From Eimeria praecox (taxonomy: Eukaryota): a stretch of 64,000 nucleotides of DNA. The notes beneath the pieces were generated by a model. It searched no databases, was not told the DNA's origin, and saw only the letters and a list, made by a program, of their open reading frames with translations. Shown in pieces: positions 12,018 through 23,858 of this stretch (the stretch's first letter is position 1; every line of letters begins with the position of its first letter). The stretch is from contig OY986949.1 of the NCBI GenBank assembly GCA_963920595.1, forward strand, positions 4,402,001-4,466,000, read 5' to 3'. A program made the translations under genes and the position numbers.

Positions 12018-15000
12018 ATGGGCAGGGGTGGACCAGTGGTTCACGGCGTGGGCGCCGTGGTGCCGTTGCATGCGCTACGTCCGCTGCTGCTGCTGCTGCT
12101 GTTGGTGCTGCTGCTGCTGTTCGGCGGGTCATTCGAGCCTGCAGGATGTAGCGCAGTGGGCAACATCGAAGGCCTGGGGGCCCCAGGATTTGAAGGCTTA
12201 CACGAAGAGCTGCGAGGTGCGAGTTCTGCTGCAGCCTTTGCGGGCACGTGGAGTATGGATGAGTCCAATGTGCATGCAGCCCCATCGAGAAGAGGCCGAG
12301 GCATATACCCAGGAACCCAAAGAAGAGGAGGATTAGGAAGAGGGGTTGCGACAACAAGAAGATACAAGAGTGCTCGTGGGGCTACCCTTAGAAGTATTTC
12401 TATGAGACCTACTCGGCGGGCTATGACTGCAAGGGGGAGGGGTATGATGCTAGGTGATGCAGCAGATGCTGCTGCTTTTCAACGGTCTACACGCATTATG
12501 TTGGAGTCGTATAGACGCAGTACGATGACATTGAAAGCACAACAACGATCTGGAAGACAGTCTGCTTTAGTGATGCTGGTGGCGGTTGCTGTGGTACTAG
12601 CAGTGTCTGTAGTTATAGCAGAAAGGAAGGCACAAGCAGCAGAATATGCACGTGAAATAGAAGAAGGGAAGATGCTATCTGAATCAGACAAGGCTACAGT
12701 ACAACAGGATTTAGTTGCTGCTTCTGCTGCAGCAGCATACGCACGTAGAGAGCTAGAAGCACTCCAGCAAAGGGAGAGATCTGCGAAAGAGGCTTTAAAA
12801 CTATTAGAACAGCGGCGTGAGAATGCTTCCTCAAGGGCTGCGCATGCATTGTTAGCTGCACATTCATCTAAAGATGAAAACGTAGCTCGAGCACAAGAAA
12901 GAGTAGAAAAGGCTGCAGCAGCAAGAGATGCAGCAAAACAGGAATTAGAGGCATTGTTACAACTTGAAGGTATAACACCTGAATCCGCTCAATCTTTCTT
13001 AGAAGCAGCAGAAAAAGAAGAAAAACGCTGGGAACAAGAAGAACAACTAGCTATTGCTTCCATAGCTGAAATCAAAGCCGCTATGGAGAACGGCGTTCAA
13101 CAAGAAGTACAGAAACGTATGGTAGAATTGCAAGCATTACAACAAGAACTTGAACCTTTGAAGAAAGAAGTTGATATACTTGAAACAGAAGCTGTTGAAG
13201 AACGTAGAAAAGGAAAAGAAGGATCTGAATTAGAAAAATATGTATCTGAATTGCTTGCTGAGAGATCACAATTGTTGCAACAAGTGCTTCAACAAAGGAA
13301 AGCAACAGAAAATAGTAGCAATAATATTGAAGAAATTAAAAGAGAATATGAAAAACTTGAAGAAGCCATCGAAATAGCTGAAGCAAAACTTGTCGTCTTA
13401 GGACAACAACCGAAAACATGGCAGCCAGTAGATACAACATTACTATTTAGAGAAGAAGTTGTATTGTTAGAAGCACGACGTCGTGTACAGTTGCTGAAGG
13501 CTGAAGAAGATCTACTCATGGAAGAATTTAAAGATGTAGATGTCTCGAAAGAACAAACAGAAGCTAAACGAGCTGAAGATAACCTTCGTTATAGTACTAC
13601 CAAAGACCCTGGAGAGAGGCGAGCTCTAAGAGAAGCAGCAGAAGCAGCAAAATCTAGGCTACAAGAGAAACATACAAGAGCCTCTAAGCTATTCACATTG
13701 AAAGCTGCATTAGATAATGAAGTTAAAGCTGCACAGAAACATGTAGGACGTTGCGAGCAAAATGTAGAAAAACTAAAAGATACACTACCTGATAGATTAA
13801 GTTTCCCTTCTGCCTTCGGGCTTGCAAAGATGCTGGAGATACATAAAGAGATAGATAATCTTCATTTACTTTTATTTAATGTTTTAGAAGAAGGATATGA
13901 CTTCTCTTCTCGTGCATTTAAATACAAACCTAAAGATGCTAGTGCTAAACGCTTCTGGAAGACCTTCGTAGACCCTGCAGCTAAGAAATATCTTGCTGCT
14001 GTTGAACAGTTAATGAAGGAGAACACAAGCCTTCACATAGCTGAGGCAGAGGCCAGCAACCAACTGCAACGGAATCGCACAATGCAGCAGCTGCTAGCTC
14101 TCCCGTTGCAAGACCTGCTGCGGGCTTGGCGGGTAGGAGTAGCTCGAGGAGTAGGTGCTGATCTGAAGAAGACCCTACAAGACGAACTTGAACGACAGGT
14201 AGAAGATATGCAACTCAATTTAGAAATGACAGATGAATTCCTTCAAGAACTGGAGGCTCAGGCTAATACCCTCCGTCTAGAAGGTTGGGATGAGAAGAGG
14301 CCGGCAGCCAAAATATATAACACTGCAGCTATTACGGTGGTTCGGTCAAGACAAGAAGCTTACAAATATATTCTTCAACATCTGCAGCGAAGACAGAGAG
14401 GAAACCTACAAAGAGAGGCAGAAGATATGCTAGAAGAGGCAGCCTGGGAGGCCCTACGACGTAGAGCGGCCTACGGCGATGATGTGTCTATCCAGCAAAT
14501 GATTCAAAAGAAACGAGATGAAGCTCTTGATAGAGAAGAAGAAGCTCTTGCTAGATTGAGAGAGAGAAGATTAGCTACGGAAAAACAATACGCCCCTACG
14601 CTGTCTACTCTTCTCTCCTCTCCCGTGCAGACACCTGAAGAAGAAACGACAGACAGTCAGCAGCAGCAGACAGCAGCAGAACAACAAGTACAGCAGCAAA
14701 CGCAGCAAGCAGAAGATACACCCCAGGCCACCGAAGACGCTCAGCAGCAGACAAAAGAAGCATATGATGAGACAGACAGGAGTATGGAGGAAGCAACAAA
14801 ACAGGAAGAAGAAGAAGAACAAGCAGCCGAAGGTTACAACAAAGAAGAGGAAGAAGAAGAAGAAGAAGATGAAGAGGATGATGAAGATGAAGAAGATGAT
14901 GGAGTGCTCAGATTTGCAGGAGAAGAAGTAGAACGACTACCAGACCCTGCGCATGCTGAGGTTGTAGACGGCCTGTTATATCTTACATTCAAGGACGTGC

Positions 15001-15083
15001 TACAGCTGCGGCCTCCCAATAGAAAGAAAACAAAGCGAAGCGATGAGGAAGAAGAAGAAAAAGAAGTAGAAGAAGATATGTAA
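12018..15083 (+). CDS. Intronless ~1020-aa protein: N-terminal signal-like hydrophobic stretch, second TM helix, long coiled coil, acidic C-terminus (paralog A)
   Basis: 3-kb uninterrupted ORF with first in-frame ATG at 12018. Hydrophobic segments are LRPLLLLLLLVLLLLFGG and ALVMLVAVAVVLAVSVVIA. The body is E/K/L/A heptad-rich, with an E/D-rich tail. Confidence 0.88.
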   Translation: MGRGGPVVHGVGAVVPLHALRPLLLLLLLVLLLLFGGSFEPAGCSAVGNIEGLGAPGFEGLHEELRGASSAAAFAGTWSMDESNVHAAPSRRGRGIYPGTQRRGGLGRGVATTRRYKSARGATLRSISMRPTRRAMTARGRGMMLGDAADAAAFQRSTRIMLESYRRSTMTLKAQQRSGRQSALVMLVAVAVVLAVSVVIAERKAQAAEYAREIEEGKMLSESDKATVQQDLVAASAAAAYARRELEALQQRERSAKEALKLLEQRRENASSRAAHALLAAHSSKDENVARAQERVEKAAAARDAAKQELEALLQLEGITPESAQSFLEAAEKEEKRWEQEEQLAIASIAEIKAAMENGVQQEVQKRMVELQALQQELEPLKKEVDILETEAVEERRKGKEGSELEKYVSELLAERSQLLQQVLQQRKATENSSNNIEEIKREYEKLEEAIEIAEAKLVVLGQQPKTWQPVDTTLLFREEVVLLEARRRVQLLKAEEDLLMEEFKDVDVSKEQTEAKRAEDNLRYSTTKDPGERRALREAAEAAKSRLQEKHTRASKLFTLKAALDNEVKAAQKHVGRCEQNVEKLKDTLPDRLSFPSAFGLAKMLEIHKEIDNLHLLLFNVLEEGYDFSSRAFKYKPKDASAKRFWKTFVDPAAKKYLAAVEQLMKENTSLHIAEAEASNQLQRNRTMQQLLALPLQDLLRAWRVGVARGVGADLKKTLQDELERQVEDMQLNLEMTDEFLQELEAQANTLRLEGWDEKRPAAKIYNTAAITVVRSRQEAYKYILQHLQRRQRGNLQREAEDMLEEAAWEALRRRAAYGDDVSIQQMIQKKRDEALDREEEALARLRERRLATEKQYAPTLSTLLSSPVQTPEEETTDSQQQQTAAEQQVQQQTQQAEDTPQATEDAQQQTKEAYDETDRSMEEATKQEEEEEQAAEGYNKEEEEEEEEDEEDDEDEEDDGVLRFAGEEVERLPDPAHAEVVDGLLYLTFKDVLQLRPPNRKKTKRSDEEEEEKEVEEDM

Positions 15084-15179
15084 CATATATCCTAAATATT
15101 CAAAACACCAGCTGCTGGGCCTGCATGCAGTGTTCTGAAGACAGGGAGAAAGCTCTTCCTACGGACACAGGCTCCGCCC

Positions 15180-15601
15180 AGCTAGCTGTGCAGTTGCAGC
15201 TAACTGGGAAGCTAGCTAAACAGCTAGCTAGACAGCTAGTTAGACAGCTAGCTAAACAGCTAGCTAGATAGCTAGCTAAAAGGTGCTTAAATAGCTAGCT
15301 AGATATATTCTCAAACAGCTAGCCAGGCTATCTGTCCATGACTAGCCAACATAATGATTGACACAGCCTCCGCGCCCACCGTCAGCTGAGCGCGCCTGCG
15401 CTGCTCTTCCTTACATTTGGCCTCATGTATGCATGCATGCATGCATGCACACATCCATTTCAAAGGGTTGACGAGGGGGCAGCAGCTAGCTACTTAGCGA
15501 ACCGTGTAGCTAGCTGCCTAGCTAGCTGCTACCTACGTAGTTAGCTAGCTAGCTAGCTAGCTAGTGGGCTAGCTGCTCTTCAGCTAGCTACCTAGCTAGC
15601 T
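15180..15601. repeat. (TAGC)n self-complementary tetranucleotide arrays, with an internal (ATGC)n tract
   Basis: Runs of gctagcta/tagctagc at 15180-15345 and 15485-15601. Confidence 0.9.
15429..15449. promoter_or_regulatory. Tandem TGCATGCA palindromes (apicomplexan non-coding motif, ApiAP2-type binding site); similar tracts at 16263-16279 and 17930-17957
   Basis: atgcatgcatgcatgcatgca is seen directly. TGCATGCA is an established over-represented apicomplexan motif; function at this locus is inferred. Confidence 0.55.
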
Positions 15602-16046
15602 GTTCAGCATGCTGGCGCCAGACAGGCGTTCCTTGGTCAGCATCACATTTGCCTCTCCCCTAATAGCAGAGGGGGAAGGGGTTTGCTCGGGTGTATCCCC
15701 AGCTCTTGCATCAAAGCAAACACAGGTGTCTCCTGCAGGCTATGAGACTGCGCAGGAGGCCGGCGTTGTAAGAACCTGCATGCAAAGGCCGATGGAGGGA
15801 TGAGATGCGGCTCTTTTGCATGCAGTTGTATATATCTTGCGGTGTATATACACTGTAAACAGGGAGTAACGCGAGGTCCTTCAGGTTTCAGCAGCAGCTG
15901 CTGCTGTAATCTGAATCAGCAGCAGCAGCAGCTGCTGCAACCTGAATCAGCTGCAGCAGCAGCAGCTGCTGCTGCTGCCAGCTCCGCTGCGCTCGGTCAA
16001 TGCGCTGCACTGGAGGAGAGTTGAAGAGCATACTTCGCGTCTCCTG

Positions 16047-16087
<41 letters not shown>

Positions 16088-16528
16088 CAGCGGCTGGCTG
16101 CGAGGCGCTGGGGCAGTCTTAGCCCCGCAGCCTCAGAGACAGCAAAGCAGAGCAGAGCAGAACAAAGCAAAGCAAGCAGAGAAACACGAAGTTTATTTTT
16201 AATGGACTGTAACACCACTGAACAGACAAACAGAGGATGTTTTGGGGCTGCATGCAGAAACCCATGCATGCATGCATGCGTTCGCTGCTGCAGGGTCTGT
16301 ACACTCAGAATACCTGAGACAAGCGTCGTTAGGTGCTGCGTGACAGAGGGGCTGCGGATCTGTGGCTAGCTGCAGCTAGCCACAGCTAGCTAGGCGCAGC
16401 TACCTGTGTAAACAACTAAGTACGAGTATACATATCTGATTTCTAAGGAGGCAAACACTCAGACACCCGCGTGAACGACAAGAATACATCAACATACTTT
16501 CTGTAGAACAATAGATATTTGCTGCTAG

Positions 16529-16533
<5 letters not shown>

Positions 16534-16586
<53 letters not shown>

Positions 16587-16942
16587 TTCCTAGCTTTCTA
16601 ATTTAGATAAAATTAAAACAAATATTAGCAAGGCTAAAATAATAGAGTATGGGATTTGTTTACTTTATATTATTTTAAATAAAAACAAAAATAACAGAAA
16701 TATTGTAGTTGGATTTCTTATAAGATATTTATTAAGGTATAGCAGTATCTGTAACAAATATATTATTACTAGTATGTCATTATTAGATAATATTTTATTT
16801 GTATTATATATTTTATGTAATAAAAGAGTTGTTATTATTATAAATAGTAAGAAATATATCTTTTATCAAAACCTATCTATCAAGCATTTCTCTATTAATA
16901 TTACAATATCTAACAATTCCAAATCCTGTAAACTTTGCTGTA

Positions 16943-16988
<46 letters not shown>

Positions 16989-18780
16989 GATAATAGTAAT
17001 AATAATAATAATAAATTATATTATTATTGTAGGAATCTGTATTCATAGAAATGTATATAAATAGTATATAAAGAAGTTTTATATTTTTTATGTTTTGATT
17101 TACTAATAAACAATTATTGCACAAGTCTTAATAATTTATTTTGTATCTTTTCTATTTTTATATTCTTGCATGCATTACTATCTATTGTTAGAAATATAAT
17201 TTAATTATTATTATTATAAATATAATTTAATTATTTGTAGCTGTATTTGTCTTATAATAACAAGAATAGCACCATTAATTATTTATTTTATTTTTATTAA
17301 TTATATTTTATTTCTATTAATTATTTTACGTTGTTTATTTAATAAACAAAATCAGATTCTGTTCATTTGTAGTTTAATTATTTAATAATAGTTGGTCTGT
17401 AATTTAATTATTTAACAATAATATATTACAAGTATAAATGCTACTATACTACTACTACTAATAATATTATATTAAGTAATATAAATAAACATCAAGCTTT
17501 TCGTATTATTGCTCGAGAAATACATAATATAGAAACGTAGACATTAACAAAAAAAATTTGTAAAAGTAGTAAAACAAATACACAATACAATTTACTATTA
17601 CTATATATTATTATTATTATTATTGTTATTATTATTATTATATAGTAATAGTAATATTAATAATAATAATAATATTAGTATTATCATATATTAGTACTAT
17701 AGTAATAAGAATAATAATATTATTAATAATAATATTATTATTACTATAGCAATAATAATAATAGTATTACTATTATTATTATTATTATACAATATATACA
17801 ATTTATTAAAAATACCTAATAATATTATCTAAATCCTACTCTTCATACAGGTTTATCCCGAGAGAAACAAAAACAAAATAGAAGCTGCTGCTGTTTGTTA
17901 ATTGTCTGCTGCTCTGTTAAAGACGCTGCTGCATGCATGCATGCATGCATGCATGCAGATAGTTTAGTGCATGCAACAATTGGGGCTTTTTATGCATGCG
18001 CTTTATGTGTCTGTTGCTGCTGCTGTTGTTGCTTTGGAAATTGCTTCTAAATGTTTCTTTAAATTATACTTCTTCTAATAGAAGTATTTTAATATTTTAT
18101 TAGTAGATATAATATTAACAATAATATTTATTAATTCTCAACAGATTTATTTTAATATTTTATTAGTAGATATAATATTAATAATATTTAATAATTCTCT
18201 TACTAACACTACTTCTTGTATTATAATTCTTCTAAGGAGATGCATGCAACTAACTATTTTGTATGTTAGTTTATATTTTTTTTTCTAATGCAAGAAGAAG
18301 TGTTAGCAATATAATTATTATAAGAGCAATTATTATTATTATTATTATTTTTATTTATTATTTATTTTTAATTATGTATTACTATTTATTGTTAAGAAAA
18401 GACACTCTCATTAATATATTTCTTTAACAATATACTAATAACTTTCTAAATAATAATAATTATAATAACAACATAACGCGTCTAACGATATTTTCTTTAG
18501 TACTAAATCTAATACATTTTCTTTTAATTATAATAAATATTTATTATTATTGATAATAATAATAATATATATTATAATATATAATATATATTAATATATT
18601 ATTATTATTATAAATATTTCGCTAATGCTACTTCTGCTAGTAATAACAAGCTGCTTCGTCTGTAATGATTCTATTAACACTATTTCTTTTATTTATACTA
18701 ACTCCTTTAAAAACAAATACTCTAAAGATAACGACTCTATTAACAAATACTACTTCTCTATTACTACTAACCCTAGCAAC
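16534..18780. other. Very AT-rich island (~2.2 kb) with (TA)n, (TAA)n microsatellites and a 34-bp direct duplication
   Basis: Visibly far more AT-rich than the flanks. tattttaatattttattagtagatataatattaa occurs at ~18085 and ~18148. Confidence 0.9.
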
Positions 18781-18860
18781 AGTTAACCTGTCCTGCTGTC
18801 TTCAGACGTTCTAGCTGCAGCACATGGAAGGCCTAGGGTGTCTACCATCTAATATGAGCA

Positions 18861-18904
<44 letters not shown>

Positions 18905-19541
18905 TGCTGCTGCTGCTGCTGCTCTGTTGATTACCGTTAGAGAATAGCTGCAGCAGGTTAAGCCTGAGCCTACCCCCCACCTCCCCCCCGCCCCCCTCGC
19001 TTTTACAGCTACTCCTTTCAGTGTATACATTTAATATACTATACAATGGTTATTAAATTCATTTCTTTTTTTAATTAATTAATAGAAACATATTCAGGTG
19101 TATGCACAGCTCTCAGGTGTACGTACACCTGAAAGCTAACCACCCACTGCTATGCTACACCTCCGTTTAGAGACGCGGGAGGTATTGCCTATGTTTCTTG
19201 CGAGGGTTTTTGTTTGTTTAAATGTATTTAAATTAATTTTCTATCTTTTTAAAGTTAATAAAAACTAAAGAAGCTGTTTATAGTGTTGCTTTCACACTTT
19301 CGCGCGCGCCCAAGGTGGTTGGTGGGGCTTAGTTAGGGGGAGGCTGCAGCATCATTATATACTTGATCTTCTGCAGTATCAACAATAAAATATGTTTAGA
19401 ATATATTAAAAAAAGATTTATTTTTGTTTTTTCAATTAATTATACAAAATAAAAAAAAATACTGGTATATTTACTCCCTTTAGGGAGCCCATCCATTCCT
19501 TCTTGAAAGCGCAAGCAGCCATCGCTCTGTCCTTCCGTTTA

Positions 19542-19580
19542 AGGGTTTAGGGTTTAGGGTTTAGGGTTTAGGGTTTTAGG
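19542..19580. repeat. Interstitial telomere-like (TTTAGGG)n
   Basis: About five tandem agggttt units. Confidence 0.9.
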
Positions 19581-20041
19581 TGTATTTCTTGTTTTTTAAT
19601 TATACACCTTCAGTTTTATTTATTTCGCAGCAGAAACGCATGCAATGGTCATGCTGCAGCTGAAGTAGTTGCTGCTGCTGTTGCTGCTTCTTCTGCTTTC
19701 TTCTACAACATTTTCGTGGATTTTCGATATATTCTGTCTCCTATAGGAGGCTTCAGATTTGTTTACTAAGGCCTTTTTATGTTAGAGAGGGGTGGGGAGG
19801 TGCTGCCCTAAGCTCGTGTTCTTAGATACTGTTGAGGGTTGTTGTTGTTCTTGCTGCAGCAGCAGCAGCAGCAGTAGCAGCAGCAGAAACAACAGCAGCA
19901 GCAGAAACAGCAGCAGCAAGCAGCAGCAGCAAACTATTTCGTGAAATTGAGACGAAGACAGCTGAGGGCTTTCGTCTGTGGGGCCTGAGTCGCCGTCGGC
20001 TGCAGCTGTTTCTGCTGCAGTTATTTGACCCTTCAGCTTTC

Positions 20042-20074
<33 letters not shown>

Positions 20075-20314
20075 CTGCTGCAGCTGCTGCAGCTGCTGCA
20101 GCTTCAATCCCCGCCCCTCATTTTCTTTGTTTTTTTCGGACAAGTTCACTAGCAGCAGCTCCAAAGGGTGGCTGCCTGGTGGCTCTTCTTCCTGGTGTTC
20201 TCTTGTTGCTGCTTTGGAAGCAGCAGCAGCAGCAGCAGCAGCAGTTTCTATCAGCAGCTGTTTTTTCTGCGGCAGCGGGTTCTGAGGCTGTGCATGCCTC
20301 TGGAGTAAACATAA

Positions 20315-20360
<46 letters not shown>

Positions 20361-20647
20361 AGCAGCGGTAGTAGCAGACAGACCCCAGGTTATCTTGAAG
20401 CGCTGACAGACGCTGTCTTTGTTTTTTTTTATTGTCTGTCAGCTGCAAGATGAAGAGGGGGTCTGCAGACATTGTATATTTGTTTCTGTCTCTTTATCGC
20501 TCTTAGCTTCCTCCTTATTTGCTGTTTTCAAACAGCTGTAGCTGTTGCTGCTTCTGCTGCTGCTGTTTCTGCTGCTGCTGCTGGTGCTGCTGCTGCTGCG
20601 GCTCTTAATATATAAATATATATACGCCAGGTAATCTCTGCAGGTCA

Positions 20648-20882
20648 ATGAAGCCTGCAGGAGTTGGAGGGGGGAGGCGGCTGCCGCGGGTGCCGGTGTC
20701 TTTGTTGCTGCTGCTGCTGTTGTTGCTGCTGCTGTGTGGCGGCGGCGGCAGCAGCAGCAGCAGCAGCAGCAGCTGTCTTGAGCTAACACCGGCGCCCAGC
20801 TCTGCTGCTGAAGAGCTGGAGGCCGAGCAACGCCTGGGGGATGGAGACACCGTCTCAGGCGATGGGGGGTTGCTGCAGTTCG

Positions 20883-20924
<42 letters not shown>

Positions 20925-23521
20925 CAGCACCTGCAGCAGCACCTACCGCAGCGACAACAACAACAACACCAACAACAGAAGCAGCAGCAGATGGGAGGCA
21001 GAAGAAGCTGCTGCCTTGGATGAGGGTTAACGGAGCGCTGCTGCTGCTGCTGCTGCTGCTGCTCGGGGGTTTCTTAGCGCATACCGCTCGGGTGTACGTA
21101 CAGCTAGCAGCAAAGAGAGAGCTAGCAGCCTCCGTTCGAGGAGAGATAAGAAGAGGAGGGATTGTAGAAGAAGAGGAAGAGAGAGAAGAAGAAAAAGAAG
21201 AAGAAGAGTCAGAAGAGAACCTGGTGCTGCTGCAGCAGCTGCTGCAGAGCAAGCAGAGACTGCAGCAGGCGAAGGAAGCAAGAGACAATGCGTACTCTAA
21301 ACTTGCGGTGTATGCGGAGACAGGAGGGGGTGATACTAACGAGGCTGTGCTGCTAATGAAGCGTTGTAGGGATGCTGCTGCAGCTCTAGATAAACATCAA
21401 CAGGATATTGCTACTGCTACTGCTGCTGCTGCTGCTGCTGCTGCTAGTGGTGCTGATGAAGAGATTGCACGTGAGCAAGTGCAGCAAGCTGCTGCAGCGC
21501 TGCTGCAGGAGCTGCAGACAGAGGTTATGAAGAGCCGAGAGGAGCTGCAGCAGGAGGAGGAGGAGCAGCAGCAGCAGCTGCTGCTGCTGCGGTCAGGGTT
21601 AGCAGGAGGGAACACACCGTCAGCAGAGACATCAAGAGCAGAACTAGAGCTGCTACGTACGCAGAGTGCTATGGGGAAGGCTGTGCTGCTGCTAGAAGAT
21701 AAGAGAGTGCAGCAGCGGCAGCTGCAGCAGGAGGAAGCAGAGCTGGAGCAGCAGCTGCAGCAGCTGCGACATGAAAAGGAGACACTGCAGCAGGAGCTGC
21801 TGCTGCAGACAGCGAGAGAACAGCTGCTGTTGTCGGCAGAGAAAGATTTGGCTTCTACTGCAGCAAGAATTGAGGAGATACACCAGAGTATAGAAAGAAG
21901 AACTGCTGCTGCTGCTGCTGCAGCAGGGGTAGCTGCAGCAGCAGAAAAGGATTTATCTGTCTTGCTGCCAGAGGAGAAACAGCTGCTGCAGACTCGCATC
22001 AAGCTGCAGCGGTTAGAGAGGGAGTTTGCTGCTGCTATAGCTGAGATCACGCAAATGAAAACAGGAAGACAAGCAGCAAGTGTAGCTCGATCTATGCTAG
22101 CCTACATCCGCAGCAGAGCAGGCATAAGAGATTCAGAGATGACAGTGCATGCGCCTGTTGCAGCACGTGCTGCTGCAGCAGCAGCAGCACGTGCTGCTGC
22201 TGCAGCAGGAGGTGCTGCTGCAGCAGGAGGTGCTGATACAGCAGCAGGGGATGCAGGTGCTGCTGCAGCAGGAGATGCTGCTGCTGCAGCAGGAGATGCT
22301 GCAGCAGCAGCATCTGGGACAGCAGCAGCAGCAGCAACAACAACTGCAACAGCAGCAACAGCAGCCGCAGCAGCAGATGACGATGATGATGATGATGTGG
22401 TTGTAGACCCTGTAGATATAGAAAGAAAGAAACGAGGGCTGCTGCAGGCAGACAACCTGCTGCATACGCAGCAGCAGAAGAAGCTACGATTGAAGGAGCA
22501 GTTGTTGTATTTAAGAGGAGAGAGAATATCTGCGCGAGCAGAAGAGAAGCTGTTGGTGCGGTGTATAGAGAGACACCGCAGTAGTTTAAGAGAGAGGATC
22601 TATACACCTGAGGTCTATGGTATAGGAAGACATAATATAATAACAGAAGCGAAATCAAAATATAAAAATGCTGTTTCTTTGATATTGGATTTGACTTCAA
22701 ATTTTAGTATGAAATTATTTTCGCGTTTTCCGAAAGAAGTAAATCCACAAAGACATTTCAGTAGATTTATTTCTCCCTATGGTGATGATCTTGTATTAAA
22801 TTTAGAATATATATTTAAATATAATACATTATTAAGAGTCGCTATTACGAAGGGGACCAATATGATTGCAGATCTACAGGTAGAAGAGTTATTACAACAA
22901 GAAAATATACAAGATTTAATTGAAGCTGCTTCGGGTGTTGAAGACTCTGTTTTATTTTTAGAGGTATATACAGCCCGATGGGAAGCAACAGAAGCATTAT
23001 TGCTGGGGACAGAGAGGCAGTTAGATGAAGCTATCAATATCGTTAGAGAACTAGAAGAAAGGCTTGTATCTCTATCCTTTACATTAAGACGATGGGCCCC
23101 AACACTAGTTAAGAAGGAATTAGCTGTATTGGCGTATATAGCAGCACAGAAAGAGAATATTATATATTATAATACCATTATAAAATCTCTTAAAAATATT
23201 ACCAAGGATGATGTTAAAGAGACAGCAAGGGTTTTAATACAGAATGCTTTGTGGAGGGCTATTGATAGACGCCGGGTGTATGGACACGAAGCTTCTATAT
23301 TAGAAGCAGTAAGTAGAGCCAATGTAAAGGCTTTGAATGAAGTAGAAGAGAAGCTATCTTCTCTCTCTTCTTCTATTGTTGATGAAGAAGTATATTATGC
23401 TCCTCCTGTCTCTCCATCAGATATACCAGCACCTCCCTTCTCTGAAGTAGTATCTTTTAAAGAAGAAAAACTTATTACAGAGACGAGAGAGAATGTGCTG
23501 CAACTAAGAAGCCCCAAAAGC

Positions 23522-23580
<59 letters not shown>

Positions 23581-23858
23581 TGCTGCTGCTCCTGCTGGGG
23601 CTGCGAGAAGCCCTCAAACTGCAGCAAACAAATCTCCTAAGGGACAGGGAGCGAGCCCCAAGGCATCCTCCCCTAAGGGAAAGGGGGGGGCCCCCAAGGG
23701 GGGGGAGGAGGGGGCCCAGGGGTCTCCTAAGGGGGCCCCAAAGGGGTCCCCGAAGGGGGGCCCCCCTAAGGAGGGGGGGGCCCCCTAAGGAGGGGGGGGG
23801 GGGGCCTAAGGAGGGGGGGGCCCCTAAGGAGGGGGCCCCCAAGAGCAAACCAGCATGA
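20648..23858 (+). CDS. Intronless ~1050-aa signal/TM coiled-coil protein (paralog B); supplied ORF stops at 23788, true stop possibly 23858
   Basis: Long ORF from ATG 20648 with the same architecture as 12018-15083 and alignable blocks (ALWRAIDRRRVYGHEASI vs AAWEALRRRAAYGDDVSI; LRERIYTPEVYGI vs LPDRLSFPSAFGL). The PKEGG/GAP tail continues in another frame across G/C homopolymers. Confidence 0.85.

Noticed and set aside
16774..16930. SLLDNILF...NSKKYIF resembling RT YLDDIL...KC.F in the AT island
   Set aside because: The motif spacing is too short and AT-rich codons produce such residues by chance. Kept only as a hypothesis under the AT-island finding.
16534..18780. Apicoplast or mitochondrial DNA insertion
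   Set aside because: I could recognise no rRNA, tRNA or organellar protein motif, and the island contains nuclear-type microsatellites and a TGCATGCA tract.
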